NCBI GenBank assembly: GCA_036759505.1
Contig: DAIOUM010000002.1
Span: 14,559 to 78,558 of the forward strand
Source: Alishewanella sp.
Lineage (GTDB): Bacteria; Pseudomonadota; Gammaproteobacteria; Enterobacterales; Alteromonadaceae
Length of the DNA: 64,000 bases
Reading direction: 5' to 3'
In this document: piece by piece, positions 10,867 to 21,231 of the stretch
How positions within the stretch are numbered: position 1 is the stretch's first letter
Layout: each line of letters begins with the position of its first letter
Program-made: the position numbers and the translations under genes
The notes under the pieces: generated by a model
Told to the model about the DNA's origin: nothing
Database searches by the model: none
The model's input: the letters and a program-made list of their open reading frames with translations, nothing else

Positions 10867-11709
10867 ATGACTGATGCACTAATCCGTTTTTTATTTCAAC
10901 AAAAGCATGTGCGTGGTGAGTTGGCCTATGTTGAGGATAGCCTCGATAAGATGCTACAGCATCACCAGTACCCACTGCCGGTCAAGCAATTGCTGGCAGA
11001 GCTGGTGGTTGCAACTAGTTTACTGACCGCCACCCTGAAATTTGAGGGTGAAATTGCAGTCCAGCTGCAAGGTGATGGACCCGTGCGTTTCGCGGCAGTC
11101 AATGGCGATCATCAGCAAGCCTTCCGCGGTGTTGTGCGGATGCAGGCTGAACTCAGTGGTGACAACTTCCGGGATCTGGTGGGCAATGGCTACCTGGTCG
11201 TGACCATCACACCGGTGCAGGGTGAGCGCTATCAGGGCATTATTCCGCTGAGTGGCGACAGCCTGACATCAACACTGGAAGCCTATTTCGCGCAGTCAGA
11301 ACAATTACCGACCCGTATTTACATCTATACCGATATCAGTAACCGCAACCGGGCCGCTGGCTTTATGTTGCAGGTGCTCCCGGTTGAGCAGGACAAAGCC
11401 CGCGAGGACTTTAATGAGCTGGTGGTGCTGAGCGATACCCTTACGGCAGGTGAACTACTGGATTTGCCGCCAGAAGAAGTGTTACACCGCCTGTTTCACC
11501 AGGAAGTGGTTGAAGTATTCCCGGCCCAGCAGATTAGTTTTGTCTGTGGTTGCTCGAAGCAAAAATGTGAATCGGCGCTATTCAGCTTGGGCCGCGCGGT
11601 GATAGCCGAGCAACTGGCACTAGGTGGGCTGGATATGGCCTGCGAATATTGTAACAAGGCGTATCATTTCAGCGCTGACGAACTACAAAGCATTCATGAC
11701 CAGCTGTAA
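10867..11709 (+). CDS. hslO: Redox-regulated chaperone Hsp33
   Basis: From ATG 10867 (MTDALIRFLF); YFAQSEQLPT, CGCS...CEYC zinc centre. Confidence 0.97.
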   Translation: MTDALIRFLFQQKHVRGELAYVEDSLDKMLQHHQYPLPVKQLLAELVVATSLLTATLKFEGEIAVQLQGDGPVRFAAVNGDHQQAFRGVVRMQAELSGDNFRDLVGNGYLVVTITPVQGERYQGIIPLSGDSLTSTLEAYFAQSEQLPTRIYIYTDISNRNRAAGFMLQVLPVEQDKAREDFNELVVLSDTLTAGELLDLPPEEVLHRLFHQEVVEVFPAQQISFVCGCSKQKCESALFSLGRAVIAEQLALGGLDMACEYCNKAYHFSADELQSIHDQL

Positions 11710-11737
11710 AAAAGCCACCGCCGTAGCGGTGGCTTGT
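11708..11737. terminator. Intrinsic terminator between convergent hslO and the S8 protease
   Basis: AAGCCACCGC-CGTA-GCGGTGGCTT stem (11712-11735); the flanking A-run gives a U-tract on the minus strand. Confidence 0.85.
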
Positions 11738-11761
11738 TAGTTAACAGCTTCAGATTTGCGT

Positions 11762-14700
11762 TCAGACCTTAACCCGGCGCCGTAACCACAGTAACGGCAA
11801 CAGTAACAGCCCCAACCAGCCCGCACTACCACCCGATTTATGGGTTATAGTCACCTGGGCTGTGGCTGTTGCCTGCAGTCCGGCAGAATCACGCGCGGTC
11901 AAGGTCAGACTTTGGGTTCCGGCATCCGCTTTCACCGGTGCGCGGGTAAGCACGATCTGCCCATTCTGCACTGCAAAAAGCGGATTACTGGATGTTACGC
12001 TAGTCAAGGTCGCGCCGGCTTCCCGCACTTGCACCGTAGCAGTACCGACCACAGTGCCAGTTGCCGTGCCAGATGGCAGTGAACTCAGTGTCACAGCAGC
12101 GGTGATGGCAGGTGGCGTATCAGGAATATTAACCACTTCCACCGTCACTGTTGCCGGTGCTGAAACCTGACCCGCACTATCCAATACTGCTACTTCAAAG
12201 CTCACCTGTGTCAGACCCGCTTCGTAATCCAGAGCTGTCTGATTAGCGACCACAATACGGCCATCGCTGTTGATAGACAGTGCCGCCGACGAGCTGCCCA
12301 GAACGACAAACTCAGTCACCGCAGTGCGGAAATCACTCTCCGCTTGTAACTGACCAACGACGGTGCCAGTAGCTGTATTTTCATTGACACTGAAAGTTTT
12401 GCTACCAGCCAGCACGGGCTGCGCTAAAGGCGCTGCATAGTTTGCTACTGCTGCGGCGTCAGCCTGAGTCGACAACAGTACAAAGCTGCGGTTATCGCCG
12501 GCAGGTCGCTGCAGATAGGCCGACTCACCCGGTGCCAGCTCACTAACGGTACCTGAGGTTGCTGCCGCTGGGCCTTCTGCCGGCGCCAGCGACGAACTAA
12601 AGGTCACAGCAGGTGACGGGGTTAACGTCACCTGAGCCGTTAGCTGATCGGCTGTTTGCGCCTGACTGTAGCTTAATGAGAAGGAATCCGGGTTAGTCCG
12701 GAACCGCGCATTAATGGTACGGCCCAGATCTGCCGCCGTTAGACCAACATGGTTAAAACAGGCTTCCAGCGTGATCTGCTTACTACCGGCAAAATGCAAT
12801 ACATCACCGAGGAATCCGTTGGTGGTGTTGTACAGCGTATTAAACGAAACCATTACCCCGGGGCTTTGTGCATAGGTAGTACCAAGACGGGTTAACAACA
12901 GGGTATTCATGGTGTAGTTAAAGACACCATCATTATTGATATCCAGATCCAGCGCGTAGTTACCCTGCAGTAGGTGAGTTACCCCTTCTGCCAGATGGAA
13001 AGTTGGATATAAAGCATAACCTGAACTACAGGCGCTTGCCGGCGCTACATCAAAAGTAATGGCCCGGATATCATGTATTGGATTGATGGCCGGGTTAGCC
13101 GCCGAGGTGGCAACCAGAGTGGAGGCAAAAGGCTCAACCGGGATCACGCCGGTATTGGTGATTTTCGTGGCAACCTTGCCATCGACCAGCTCGCCCGATA
13201 GCGCCAGTTTGCCAACGGCTTTCGGGATCAGGTGGTACACCAGATGCAGATCATGATCAGTGGCTGTGCTGGGGTCATTAAAAATCAGGGCACCATCAAA
13301 TTCAACCTTGTCCATCTGAGCCGCAGCTTGCAAAGCAGAGTAGAAGACACCGTTGGTTAACACAAAGTCAGGTAACCTGGCCGGATCAACCGTTAGTGTG
13401 ACGTCAAATTCTATGGTTTGTTTGGCTGGAACCGTTACCGCAGCCGGGAAACTCCAGCTTAACGCCCCTGTCGCCGATTTATCAGCATAGCGATCCTGCA
13501 TCCGCAGGTTATAGGTTTTATTGGTGTTACTGAAGTTTTTCAACGTGACCCGTTTGGTCATGCTGCTTGGTTTATCCAGCGACTGTAAACCAAAAGATAA
13601 CGCCGCCTGTGCAGTATCGAAGCGCGCGTCATTCACCCAAGCTGCGACCGGCGAGTTAACGGCTTTCTCGACATCCACCAAACCTGCACCAATCTGGCTG
13701 ATTGATGCTAATTTAGCATCCGGATTGATACCCACCGGTTCACGGTGCACCGTCAGATTCGCCGTATTCATTAGCGTGGCTTTAATTTCCAGCGCATTGC
13801 GCTCAGGTAAGGCACCGCGCAGCAGCGCAACAGCACCAGCGGTAATTGGGCCAGAGAACGAGGTACCATTAACCGGAGCAGTGCCGGTACCTGTACCTAA
13901 GCGGGCAACCTGGATCGCGACCCCCGGTGCAGTAATTTCCGGCTTCAGCAAACCATCCATCGATGGACCGCGTGACGTAAAGTTAGCAATAGCACCGGCA
14001 CCAGATTTGCCAACGGAACGAATATCGTAGCTAACTGTTTCGCCAGCTTCCAACTTGGCTTTGATAGCATCGCCCACTTCTTTGGTAATCATTACTGACG
14101 GAATCGTTACCGCTGGATCATCCCCACCCGCTACGATCGGCGCCTCACCCGGATTACTATTCGCAATAATCACAAAGGCAGCGCCACGCTGTTGTGCAAC
14201 CTTAACTTTGTCGGCAAAGGCGCAGACACCACGCGATACCAACACTGCCTTACCGGTTAAATCAACCTCGGCAGGCAGCGCATTACAGGCCGTATATTCG
14301 CCCGGCACCACCACCAGTGGTGTGTTGGCAGAACTAAAAGCAAAATCCAGAGTTCGATTAAAGGCAGAAGCTGTCATCACTGCCGTCGCGCCGTTTATTA
14401 CCGCAGCTTCAAAGACTCCAACTGCCGCTTTCGGGTGTGTCATAGCGCCAACAGAAAGTGCGTTAGGTGTGGTACTAGGACCGCCAACCCGGAATGGCAC
14501 ATTACCGTCGTTACCTGCCGAGATAACCAGATTTGTCCCCAGTTTTACGGCACGCTGAATTAAGAACTGAGTACCACTAACTGCTTGGGTTGAGCCAAAT
14601 TGGCCACCAAGTGACATATTGATAATATCGACCCGATCTTCCATATTGCCATCGCCGTTCGGGTCCATTGAGGCTTCTAATGCTCTTAGCTGAGCGACAC

Positions 14701-15505
14701 CCGGACAGGTATTAGTACAAACGGTATAGGCATAAAAAGCGACTTTTGGTGCAATGCCAGATACCGAATGTGCCACAGAAGTACCATGGCCGGCACCAGC
14801 CAGACGGACATCGTCGATAGGATTAGGGTCATTCCGCAAAAAGTCGTAGCCACCGATAATCTGACCAACTGGCCAGGCTGGTGCATTAACCTGGTCACTT
14901 AACGCTGCATTGTAAGCAGCCGTGGTGCCAGGACCACCCAATAAGGCATGGGTATAATCCACACCGGAGTCCAGAATAGCAACCCGGATCCCTTCACCGG
15001 TCGCTTTGCCAGATTGCACCGTTTGCAGCGCCCGGATGTACTCGGCGCTGTCAACCACCATCGGCTTACTATCATAGATAGGCAAAATATTCTGTACTGC
15101 GCTGTGCTTACGCATCTCGGCCAGAGCTTCAGTAGAGGCGTTCACCACCAAACCAGCTGCCAGATGTTTGGTCGCCAGTAAGATTTCAGCATCCGGATCG
15201 ACGCTGTGCAGTTGAAACGTCACTTCCTGCTGAATTTGTTCTGCAGTCAGCTGATACTGTGCCGCCAACTGTTGATCAAAGCGCGAGCCTTGCAAGGCGT
15301 CACTGGACGCCGGGGCATTTAGCAGGATTAACCATGCACTCGGTTGCTCAGTTTCAGCATGTAGGCTAACTGCCGTTTGGTTATTAAAGATTTCGTGCAC
15401 ACTTTGGCCATGTGCTGTTCTGAATTGCTCGATGCCGGCTACCGCAGACCCGGAAATAGCCAAGCCGACAGCTGTTGCCAGCAGGGTTTTATTCATTTTT
15501 CCCAA
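11762..15505 (-). CDS. Secreted S8 subtilisin-like serine protease with PA domain, cadherin-like domain and GlyGly-CTERM anchor
   Basis: Signal peptide; triad motifs VAILDSG, HGTSVA, GTSFSGP; PA domain (RGVCAFADKV); cadherin-like VNEN...LDYE; tail SGGSAGWLGLLLLPLLWLRRR. TTG start has SD AAGGAG; alternative ATG at 15496. Confidence 0.93.
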   Translation of the reverse strand: MGKMNKTLLATAVGLAISGSAVAGIEQFRTAHGQSVHEIFNNQTAVSLHAETEQPSAWLILLNAPASSDALQGSRFDQQLAAQYQLTAEQIQQEVTFQLHSVDPDAEILLATKHLAAGLVVNASTEALAEMRKHSAVQNILPIYDSKPMVVDSAEYIRALQTVQSGKATGEGIRVAILDSGVDYTHALLGGPGTTAAYNAALSDQVNAPAWPVGQIIGGYDFLRNDPNPIDDVRLAGAGHGTSVAHSVSGIAPKVAFYAYTVCTNTCPGVAQLRALEASMDPNGDGNMEDRVDIINMSLGGQFGSTQAVSGTQFLIQRAVKLGTNLVISAGNDGNVPFRVGGPSTTPNALSVGAMTHPKAAVGVFEAAVINGATAVMTASAFNRTLDFAFSSANTPLVVVPGEYTACNALPAEVDLTGKAVLVSRGVCAFADKVKVAQQRGAAFVIIANSNPGEAPIVAGGDDPAVTIPSVMITKEVGDAIKAKLEAGETVSYDIRSVGKSGAGAIANFTSRGPSMDGLLKPEITAPGVAIQVARLGTGTGTAPVNGTSFSGPITAGAVALLRGALPERNALEIKATLMNTANLTVHREPVGINPDAKLASISQIGAGLVDVEKAVNSPVAAWVNDARFDTAQAALSFGLQSLDKPSSMTKRVTLKNFSNTNKTYNLRMQDRYADKSATGALSWSFPAAVTVPAKQTIEFDVTLTVDPARLPDFVLTNGVFYSALQAAAQMDKVEFDGALIFNDPSTATDHDLHLVYHLIPKAVGKLALSGELVDGKVATKITNTGVIPVEPFASTLVATSAANPAINPIHDIRAITFDVAPASACSSGYALYPTFHLAEGVTHLLQGNYALDLDINNDGVFNYTMNTLLLTRLGTTYAQSPGVMVSFNTLYNTTNGFLGDVLHFAGSKQITLEACFNHVGLTAADLGRTINARFRTNPDSFSLSYSQAQTADQLTAQVTLTPSPAVTFSSSLAPAEGPAAATSGTVSELAPGESAYLQRPAGDNRSFVLLSTQADAAAVANYAAPLAQPVLAGSKTFSVNENTATGTVVGQLQAESDFRTAVTEFVVLGSSSAALSINSDGRIVVANQTALDYEAGLTQVSFEVAVLDSAGQVSAPATVTVEVVNIPDTPPAITAAVTLSSLPSGTATGTVVGTATVQVREAGATLTSVTSSNPLFAVQNGQIVLTRAPVKADAGTQSLTLTARDSAGLQATATAQVTITHKSGGSAGWLGLLLLPLLWLRRRVKV

Positions 15506-15536
15506 GGTATTACTCCTTCCAGATTATTATTGTTAT

Positions 15537-15654
15537 ACCGGGCGAGATATTTTATTTAGTTACCCGGTGGCTGGTGAAAACTTTGCCAAAATGACAAAGC
15601 AACCAGGGGCACAGTGAGAGTCTGTGCCCACAAGAGATCATCTCTCTTTACCGG
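15537..15654 (-). ncRNA. Candidate structured cis-regulatory RNA (four-way junction) in the protease leader
   Basis: Three adjacent hairpins closed by CCGGU/ACCGG; G-U pairs favour the minus strand. No known family recognised. Confidence 0.45.
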
Positions 15655-15734
15655 TTTTTACCACAGCTTTGGATGGATGCAATGCTAAAAAAAAGGATTA
15701 ATGTAAAAAATAATGACACTTTACCGCGAATTAC

Positions 15735-15752
15735 TGTAATTGATATTTTACA
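15735..15752. promoter_or_regulatory. TyrR/PhhR-like box upstream of the S8 protease
   Basis: TGTAAT-TGATAT-TTTACA versus consensus TGTAAA-N6-TTTACA (1 mismatch). Confidence 0.55.
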
Positions 15753-15781
15753 GCTCCATAGTCAAATACAGGTACTGCGGG

Positions 15782-17092
15782 CTATTGCGGCGACTTCAGT
15801 GGCAGGCTAACGGTTACAACCAACCCGCCTTTGGCATGATTATGCAGACGTACCTCGCCATGATGCATGGCAACGATCTTCTTAATAATGGCCAACCCCA
15901 AACCGGAACCGCCGCTGCCCCGGGCTTCATCCCCCTGGACAAAGGGACTAAACATCGCCTGCATCTTATGCTCGGGAATACCAGGGCCGTGATCCCGCAC
16001 TTCCAGATAAAGCCATTTCGCTGCCCGCTCATAGCCGGTGCTAATTTCGATATCACCTTCACTGTAGCGTAAGGCATTTTCCAGCAGGTTATTCAGCATG
16101 CGTTTCATTGCCAAACGACGTAAAGCGACTAAGGGCAAAGCCGGATCAAGGTAAGTTAGGATCTGACGCTGCTGCACCTGTTCCGCCTGCACCAGATCGC
16201 GGACCAGCTCATTTAAATCCAGCAGTTGTGGCTCTTCCTGCTTATGGTGCCGCAGATAATCAATAAACTGGTCAATAATGGCATTCATATCCTCAATATC
16301 ATTAATGATGCCATCACGGATCCAGGCATCCGACTCACTCATCATCTCTGACGCCAGCCGGATACGCGTTAACGGTGTGCGCAAATCATGCGACACACCG
16401 GCCATCAGTAACGCCCGATCTTCTTCCAGTTGCCGGATCCCCTGCGCCATATAGTTAAAGGCCTTGGTTACCGCCAGGATCTCAGTGGCCCCCTCCTGCT
16501 CTGATAACGGCGGCGGAAATTCACCGCGCCCAACCTGCAGTGCCGCCTGCTGTAACTTCTGTAGCGGCCGATTCAGGTGTCGGGCCAGTGTCCAGCCACC
16601 CAGCACACTTAAGGCGCCAATCATCAGCAAATAAAAAGTGAGTAACGGAAAACTGGCTTCGTCCAGCCCGGCCAGCGGCACCCTGACCCACAGGTCCTGC
16701 TCAAGATCAGGCCTGACCCAGAAGATAAAACTATCGGTTTGTGAAATTCTGACCTCGGCTTGCTGCTGCAGCTCATCCGACAGTTGTTGTGAGAAGTAAC
16801 CGTAATAACTGGCCTCGGCCAGTCCCTCTCTTAAAGCTTGCTGCTCGTCAAATACCCGCACCTGTGTCGCTTGCTGAAAATGTGCCGCTATAGCCTGTTG
16901 TAACTCAAGGTCGGTTACCGTTGCCGGTAATGCCAACCTTACTTGCTTGGCGACCAGATGACTGATTTGCTGGGTGCTGGGTTTAATCACATAAAAAGCG
17001 ACTGACAGGTAAGACACCACCTGATTAATTAACAGCATGACGCCAATCAGGAATACCGTTTGCCCGAAAGCGCTGCGCGGGAAAAATCTCAT
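15782..17092 (-). CDS. envZ: Sensor histidine kinase EnvZ
   Basis: PRSAFGQT N-terminus, HAMP, H-box [13 protein letters not shown]-boxes; follows ompR. Confidence 0.95.
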   Translation of the reverse strand: MRFFPRSAFGQTVFLIGVMLLINQVVSYLSVAFYVIKPSTQQISHLVAKQVRLALPATVTDLELQQAIAAHFQQATQVRVFDEQQALREGLAEASYYGYFSQQLSDELQQQAEVRISQTDSFIFWVRPDLEQDLWVRVPLAGLDEASFPLLTFYLLMIGALSVLGGWTLARHLNRPLQKLQQAALQVGRGEFPPPLSEQEGATEILAVTKAFNYMAQGIRQLEEDRALLMAGVSHDLRTPLTRIRLASEMMSESDAWIRDGIINDIEDMNAIIDQFIDYLRHHKQEEPQLLDLNELVRDLVQAEQVQQRQILTYLDPALPLVALRRLAMKRMLNNLLENALRYSEGDIEISTGYERAAKWLYLEVRDHGPGIPEHKMQAMFSPFVQGDEARGSGGSGLGLAIIKKIVAMHHGEVRLHNHAKGGLVVTVSLPLKSPQ

Positions 17093-17814
17093 CCGTTCAG
17101 ACTACCGTCCGGCACAAAAACATAGCCCAAACCCCATACCGTTTGAATGTAACGCGGATTAGCAGCATCATCTTCCAACATCCGGCGTAAACGCGATACC
17201 TGCACATCAATGCTGCGCTCCATCGCGGAATAGTCGCGGCCGCGGGCCTGATTCATCAGCTTATCGCGTGATAAGGGTTCGCGGGGGTGGCTTACTAACA
17301 CCTTTAATACGGCGTATTCACCACTGGTCAGGGGTAATTGTTGCTCACCTTTAAACATTTCCCGGGTCGCCAGGTTAAAACGGTAAGGACCAAATTCAAC
17401 AATACCTTCCGCCTGACTGGGCGCGCCCGGCACCTCCTTGGTCTTGCGCCGCAATACCGCGCGGATCCTTGCTAACAACTCTCTTGGGTTAAAGGGCTTT
17501 GGCAAATAATCGTCAGCCCCCATTTCCAGGCCAATAATCCGATCTACCTCGTCACCCTTTGCTGTGAGCATAATGATCGGAATTTCGTTTTCCTGCTGAC
17601 GCAATTTGCGGCAGATCGACAAACCGTCTTCACCGGGTAACATCAAATCCAGCACCAATAAATGAAAGTGCTCGCGTTCCATCAAACGCAGCATTTGTTC
17701 GAAGTTCGCCACGCTACGCACCTGATAGCCTTGCTCCACCAGATAACGTTCCAGCAAAGAGCGTAGTCGCAAATCATCGTCGACTACCAGAATCTTGGTT
17801 GTTTCAGTGACCAC
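17089..17814 (-). CDS. ompR: Response regulator OmpR
   Basis: [38 protein letters not shown] start at 17814 with SD AAGGA (ORF track over-extends to 17889). Confidence 0.97.
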   Translation of the reverse strand: MVTETTKILVVDDDLRLRSLLERYLVEQGYQVRSVANFEQMLRLMEREHFHLLVLDLMLPGEDGLSICRKLRQQENEIPIIMLTAKGDEVDRIIGLEMGADDYLPKPFNPRELLARIRAVLRRKTKEVPGAPSQAEGIVEFGPYRFNLATREMFKGEQQLPLTSGEYAVLKVLVSHPREPLSRDKLMNQARGRDYSAMERSIDVQVSRLRRMLEDDAANPRYIQTVWGLGYVFVPDGSLNG

Positions 17815-17930
17815 TACCCTATCCTTATTTCTGATGCTTTTCAGGTCACTATAAACGAAAATGCCGTCTTTGCATCGGCCAGACGGCATAAACTATGTTA
17901 CAAAGTTTGTCTGCCCGGCAGGACGACAAA

Positions 17931-18131
17931 CTACTGTTGGCCCGCCTCCTTTTTCATGGGCGGGTTAACCCAATAGATCCTGGGGCTGAGACTGTTTTTT
18001 TTCGCCGCGGCTTCGACCTGATTAATATAATCCTGATCAACCTGGCTACGGGCAGTCTGCACCGGCGTCGAGCTACAGCCAGCTAACAGCAGCAAGGACG
18101 TGGCAATGGCAATTGTCTGGCGCATTTTCAT
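17931..18131 (-). CDS. Small lipoprotein of unknown function (66 aa)
   Basis: Strong SD AGGAGAGG, lipobox LAGC, C-terminal IYWVNPP. Confidence 0.85.
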   Translation of the reverse strand: MKMRQTIAIATSLLLLAGCSSTPVQTARSQVDQDYINQVEAAAKKNSLSPRIYWVNPPMKKEAGQQ

Positions 18132-18164
18132 TTACACCTCTCCTGTCACAGGTATTCCTTCTTA

Positions 18165-18193
18165 AGCCTAGCCAGCACGGCTAATATTGCCAA
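18165..18193 (-). promoter_or_regulatory. Candidate sigma70/sigmaS-type promoter of the small lipoprotein gene
   Basis: TTGGCA-17 nt-TAGGCT, with C before the -10 and TAA after it. Confidence 0.55.
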
Positions 18194-18310
18194 AGCGAAC
18201 TGGTCGAAATTTAGCCAGCAAAAGGCCGCAACTGGCTAAAAAGCTTTACGCTCTAATGTACTATGGCTGATAATCGGCGCCAGTGCTGTAGAAAGGAAAT
18301 GTCATAACAG

Positions 18311-18814
18311 GTGAAACGCACCAGCAGTAAAACCTTGCTAATTACCCGCGAGGGCTATCAACAGCTCAAAGCCGAACATGATGAGCTCTGGTTTAAAAAA
18401 CGCCCGGAGATCACCCGTATTGTCAGTTGGGCCGCCAGCCTTGGCGATCGCTCTGAGAATGCCGACTACACCTACAATAAGAGATTACTTCGGCAAATTG
18501 ACAGTCGGCTGCGCTTTTTACGCAAACGGCTGGAGGAGCTGAATATTGTCGATTACTCACCACAGCAAGCCGGCCGGGTGTTCTTTGGCGCCTGGGTCGA
18601 ATTGGAAGATGACGATGGCAATAGCCTGAAATTTCGCATTGTCGGCCCGGATGAAATCTACGGCCGCAAAGACTATATCTCGATCGACGCCCCTATGGCC
18701 CGCGCCTTACTGAAAAAACAGGTCGATGACGTGGCCACGGTTTCCACCCCAAATGGTCCGAAAGACTGGTACATCGTGGCTATCGACTATCCGCAGCCAA
18801 CTCAGCCCAGTTAA
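18311..18814 (+). CDS. greB: Transcription elongation factor GreB
   Basis: WAASLGDRSENADY, YISIDAPMARALL. Confidence 0.97.
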   Translation: MKRTSSKTLLITREGYQQLKAEHDELWFKKRPEITRIVSWAASLGDRSENADYTYNKRLLRQIDSRLRFLRKRLEELNIVDYSPQQAGRVFFGAWVELEDDDGNSLKFRIVGPDEIYGRKDYISIDAPMARALLKKQVDDVATVSTPNGPKDWYIVAIDYPQPTQPS

Positions 18815-18862
18815 GGCTTTAAGCTCAATCGCTGCGCCAAACCGTTACAGGAATTTAGTGTT

Positions 18863-21184
18863 ATGTCTATGCTGATTAATCAAATTGCTACTGAAATCGC
18901 CGCCCGCCCGGAGCAGGTTGCCGCCGCCATTGCCTTACTGGATGAAGGCGCCACTGTGCCTTTTATTGCCCGTTACCGGAAAGAAGTCACCGGCGCCCTG
19001 GATGACACCCAGCTGCGTACCCTGGATCAGCGCCTGAGCTATTTGCGTGAACTGGAAGAGCGGCGCCAGGTGATTCTAAACACCATCGCCGAGCAGGGTA
19101 AACTGACCGCCGAACTGGAACAGCAAATTCGCGCCGCGGATAATAAAACCCGACTCGAAGATTTGTATTTACCCTACAAAACCAAAAGACGGACTAAGGG
19201 CCAATTGGCGATTGAAGCTGGTATTCAGCCACTGGCTCTGCTATTGCTGTCAGAACCAACACGGCAACCGGAACAGGAGGCCCTCGCCTACCTGAACGCT
19301 GAGGCCGGTTATGCCGATGTCAAAGCCGTATTAGAGGGCGCCAAATATATTCTGATGGAGCAATTCGCTGAAGACGCTGACTTGCTGGCCCGTTTGCGCG
19401 CCCATCTGAGTCAGCATGCCGTACTGCAAAGCCGGGTTGTTGCCGGCAAGGAGCAGGAAGGTGCCAAGTTCAGCGACTACTTCGAACACAGCGAAGCGCT
19501 GAAACAGGTGCCTTCGCACCGCGCGCTGGCCATGTTCCGGGGGCGCAACGAAGGCATACTTAACCTGCAGTTACTGCCTGAACTCAGTGAACAACCCCAC
19601 GCCGTCTGTGAACAAATGGTCGCTGAGCAATTTCAGATCCGGCAGTTGGACCGGCCGGGCGATGCCTTCCTGCGCACCGTTGTACAGTGGACCTGGAAGG
19701 TAAAACTACAGCTGCATCTGGAAAATGATTTATTGAGCGAACTGCGGGAACGGGCCGAAGCCGAAGCGATCAGGGTATTCGCCCGCAACCTGAAAGATTT
19801 GCTGATGGCAGCACCCGCCGGCATGCGCCCGACTCTGGCACTGGACCCCGGACTGCGCACCGGTGTAAAGGTCACGGCCATTGATGAAACCGGCAAGCTG
19901 TTAAATCACACCACCATTTACCCGCATGCGCCCCAAAATCAATGGGATAAATCCGTTCAGGTCCTGTCGGCCTTGTGCAAGGCCTACCAGATTGAGCTGA
20001 TTGCGGTTGGTAATGGCACCGCCTCGCGGGAAACCGATAAACTGGCTGCTGAGGTGATTAAGACGCTGCCCGGTCAACGGATCAGCAAGGTGATGGTGTC
20101 CGAAGCCGGCGCCTCGGTATATTCGGCATCGGAGTTGGCGGCGCAGGAATTTCCAGAGCTGGATGTATCCTTGCGGGGCGCCGTCTCGATTGGCCGCCGC
20201 TTACAGGATCCGCTGGCCGAGCTGGTAAAAATTGAACCTAAAGCCATTGGCGTTGGCCAGTATCAGCATGATGTTAACCAGAGCCTATTAACCAAATCGC
20301 TGGATGCCGTAGTAGAAGACTGCGTAAACGCCGTCGGTGTCGATTTGAACACCGCTTCAGCGGCATTACTGGCCCGGGTAGCAGGCCTGAACAAAACGCT
20401 GGCACAAAATATTGTGCAGTATCGCGATCAACATGGTCGCTTTACCAGCCGCAGCCAGTTGTTAAAGGTGCCGCGTCTGGGGCCGAAAGCCTATGAACAG
20501 GCCGCCGGCTTTTTACGCATTAATAACGGCACTAACCCACTGGATGCCTCAGGTGTGCATCCCGAAGCCTACCCACTGGTCGAGAAAATTGTTGCCGCGC
20601 ATCAGAAAAGTGTCGAGCAGCTGATTGGCAACAGCAGTTTCCTGAAACAAATCGATGCCCGGCAATTTGTCGATGACCATTTTGGCTTACTGACTATCGC
20701 CGACATTCTAAAAGAGCTGGACAAGCCTGGTCGCGATCCACGGCCGGAATTTCAGATGGCGAACTTTAAAGACGGGGTGGAAACCCTGGCCGATCTCAAA
20801 CCCGGCATGTTGCTGGAAGGGGTGGTCACTAACGTCACCAACTTTGGTGCCTTTGTCGATATCGGCGTGCATCAGGATGGCCTGGTCCATATCTCTTCGC
20901 TGGCCGATAAGTTTGTCAGCGATCCGCATCAGGTGGTCAAAGCCGGTGATATTGTTAAAGTGAAAGTATTGGAAGTCGATCAGGCCAGAAAACGTATCGC
21001 GCTGACCATGCGGATGGATGAGCAGGCTCGCAGCAATGACGACAGTAATATTTCGACTACCGGTAAAGCCCGACCAGAGCGCAGCTCAGGCAGCAACAGA
21101 ACCAGCCAGACGCCAAAACAGGAACAAGGCAATGCGGCCATGGGTAATGCCTTCGCGGCGGCCTTAGCGAAATTTAAAAAGTAG
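18863..21184 (+). CDS. tex: Tex family RNA-binding transcriptional accessory protein (YhgF)
   Basis: [29 protein letters not shown]-terminal S1 domain. Confidence 0.97.
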   Translation: MSMLINQIATEIAARPEQVAAAIALLDEGATVPFIARYRKEVTGALDDTQLRTLDQRLSYLRELEERRQVILNTIAEQGKLTAELEQQIRAADNKTRLEDLYLPYKTKRRTKGQLAIEAGIQPLALLLLSEPTRQPEQEALAYLNAEAGYADVKAVLEGAKYILMEQFAEDADLLARLRAHLSQHAVLQSRVVAGKEQEGAKFSDYFEHSEALKQVPSHRALAMFRGRNEGILNLQLLPELSEQPHAVCEQMVAEQFQIRQLDRPGDAFLRTVVQWTWKVKLQLHLENDLLSELRERAEAEAIRVFARNLKDLLMAAPAGMRPTLALDPGLRTGVKVTAIDETGKLLNHTTIYPHAPQNQWDKSVQVLSALCKAYQIELIAVGNGTASRETDKLAAEVIKTLPGQRISKVMVSEAGASVYSASELAAQEFPELDVSLRGAVSIGRRLQDPLAELVKIEPKAIGVGQYQHDVNQSLLTKSLDAVVEDCVNAVGVDLNTASAALLARVAGLNKTLAQNIVQYRDQHGRFTSRSQLLKVPRLGPKAYEQAAGFLRINNGTNPLDASGVHPEAYPLVEKIVAAHQKSVEQLIGNSSFLKQIDARQFVDDHFGLLTIADILKELDKPGRDPRPEFQMANFKDGVETLADLKPGMLLEGVVTNVTNFGAFVDIGVHQDGLVHISSLADKFVSDPHQVVKAGDIVKVKVLEVDQARKRIALTMRMDEQARSNDDSNISTTGKARPERSSGSNRTSQTPKQEQGNAAMGNAFAAALAKFKK

Positions 21185-21231
21185 GATAAATATTGGCAGG
21201 AGAAACCGGAATTGCAGCTGGGGCGAGTAGA

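Noticed and set aside
15560..15660. c-di-GMP-I riboswitch or tRNA identity for the structured leader
   Set aside because: It lacks the GNRA tetraloop/receptor pattern of c-di-GMP-I and the T-loop and D-loop consensus of tRNA; kept only as an unassigned structure.
17891..17910. OmpR-like site (GTTACA) upstream of ompR and a similar tract near 10343-10361
   Set aside because: The OmpR consensus is too degenerate to call by eye.
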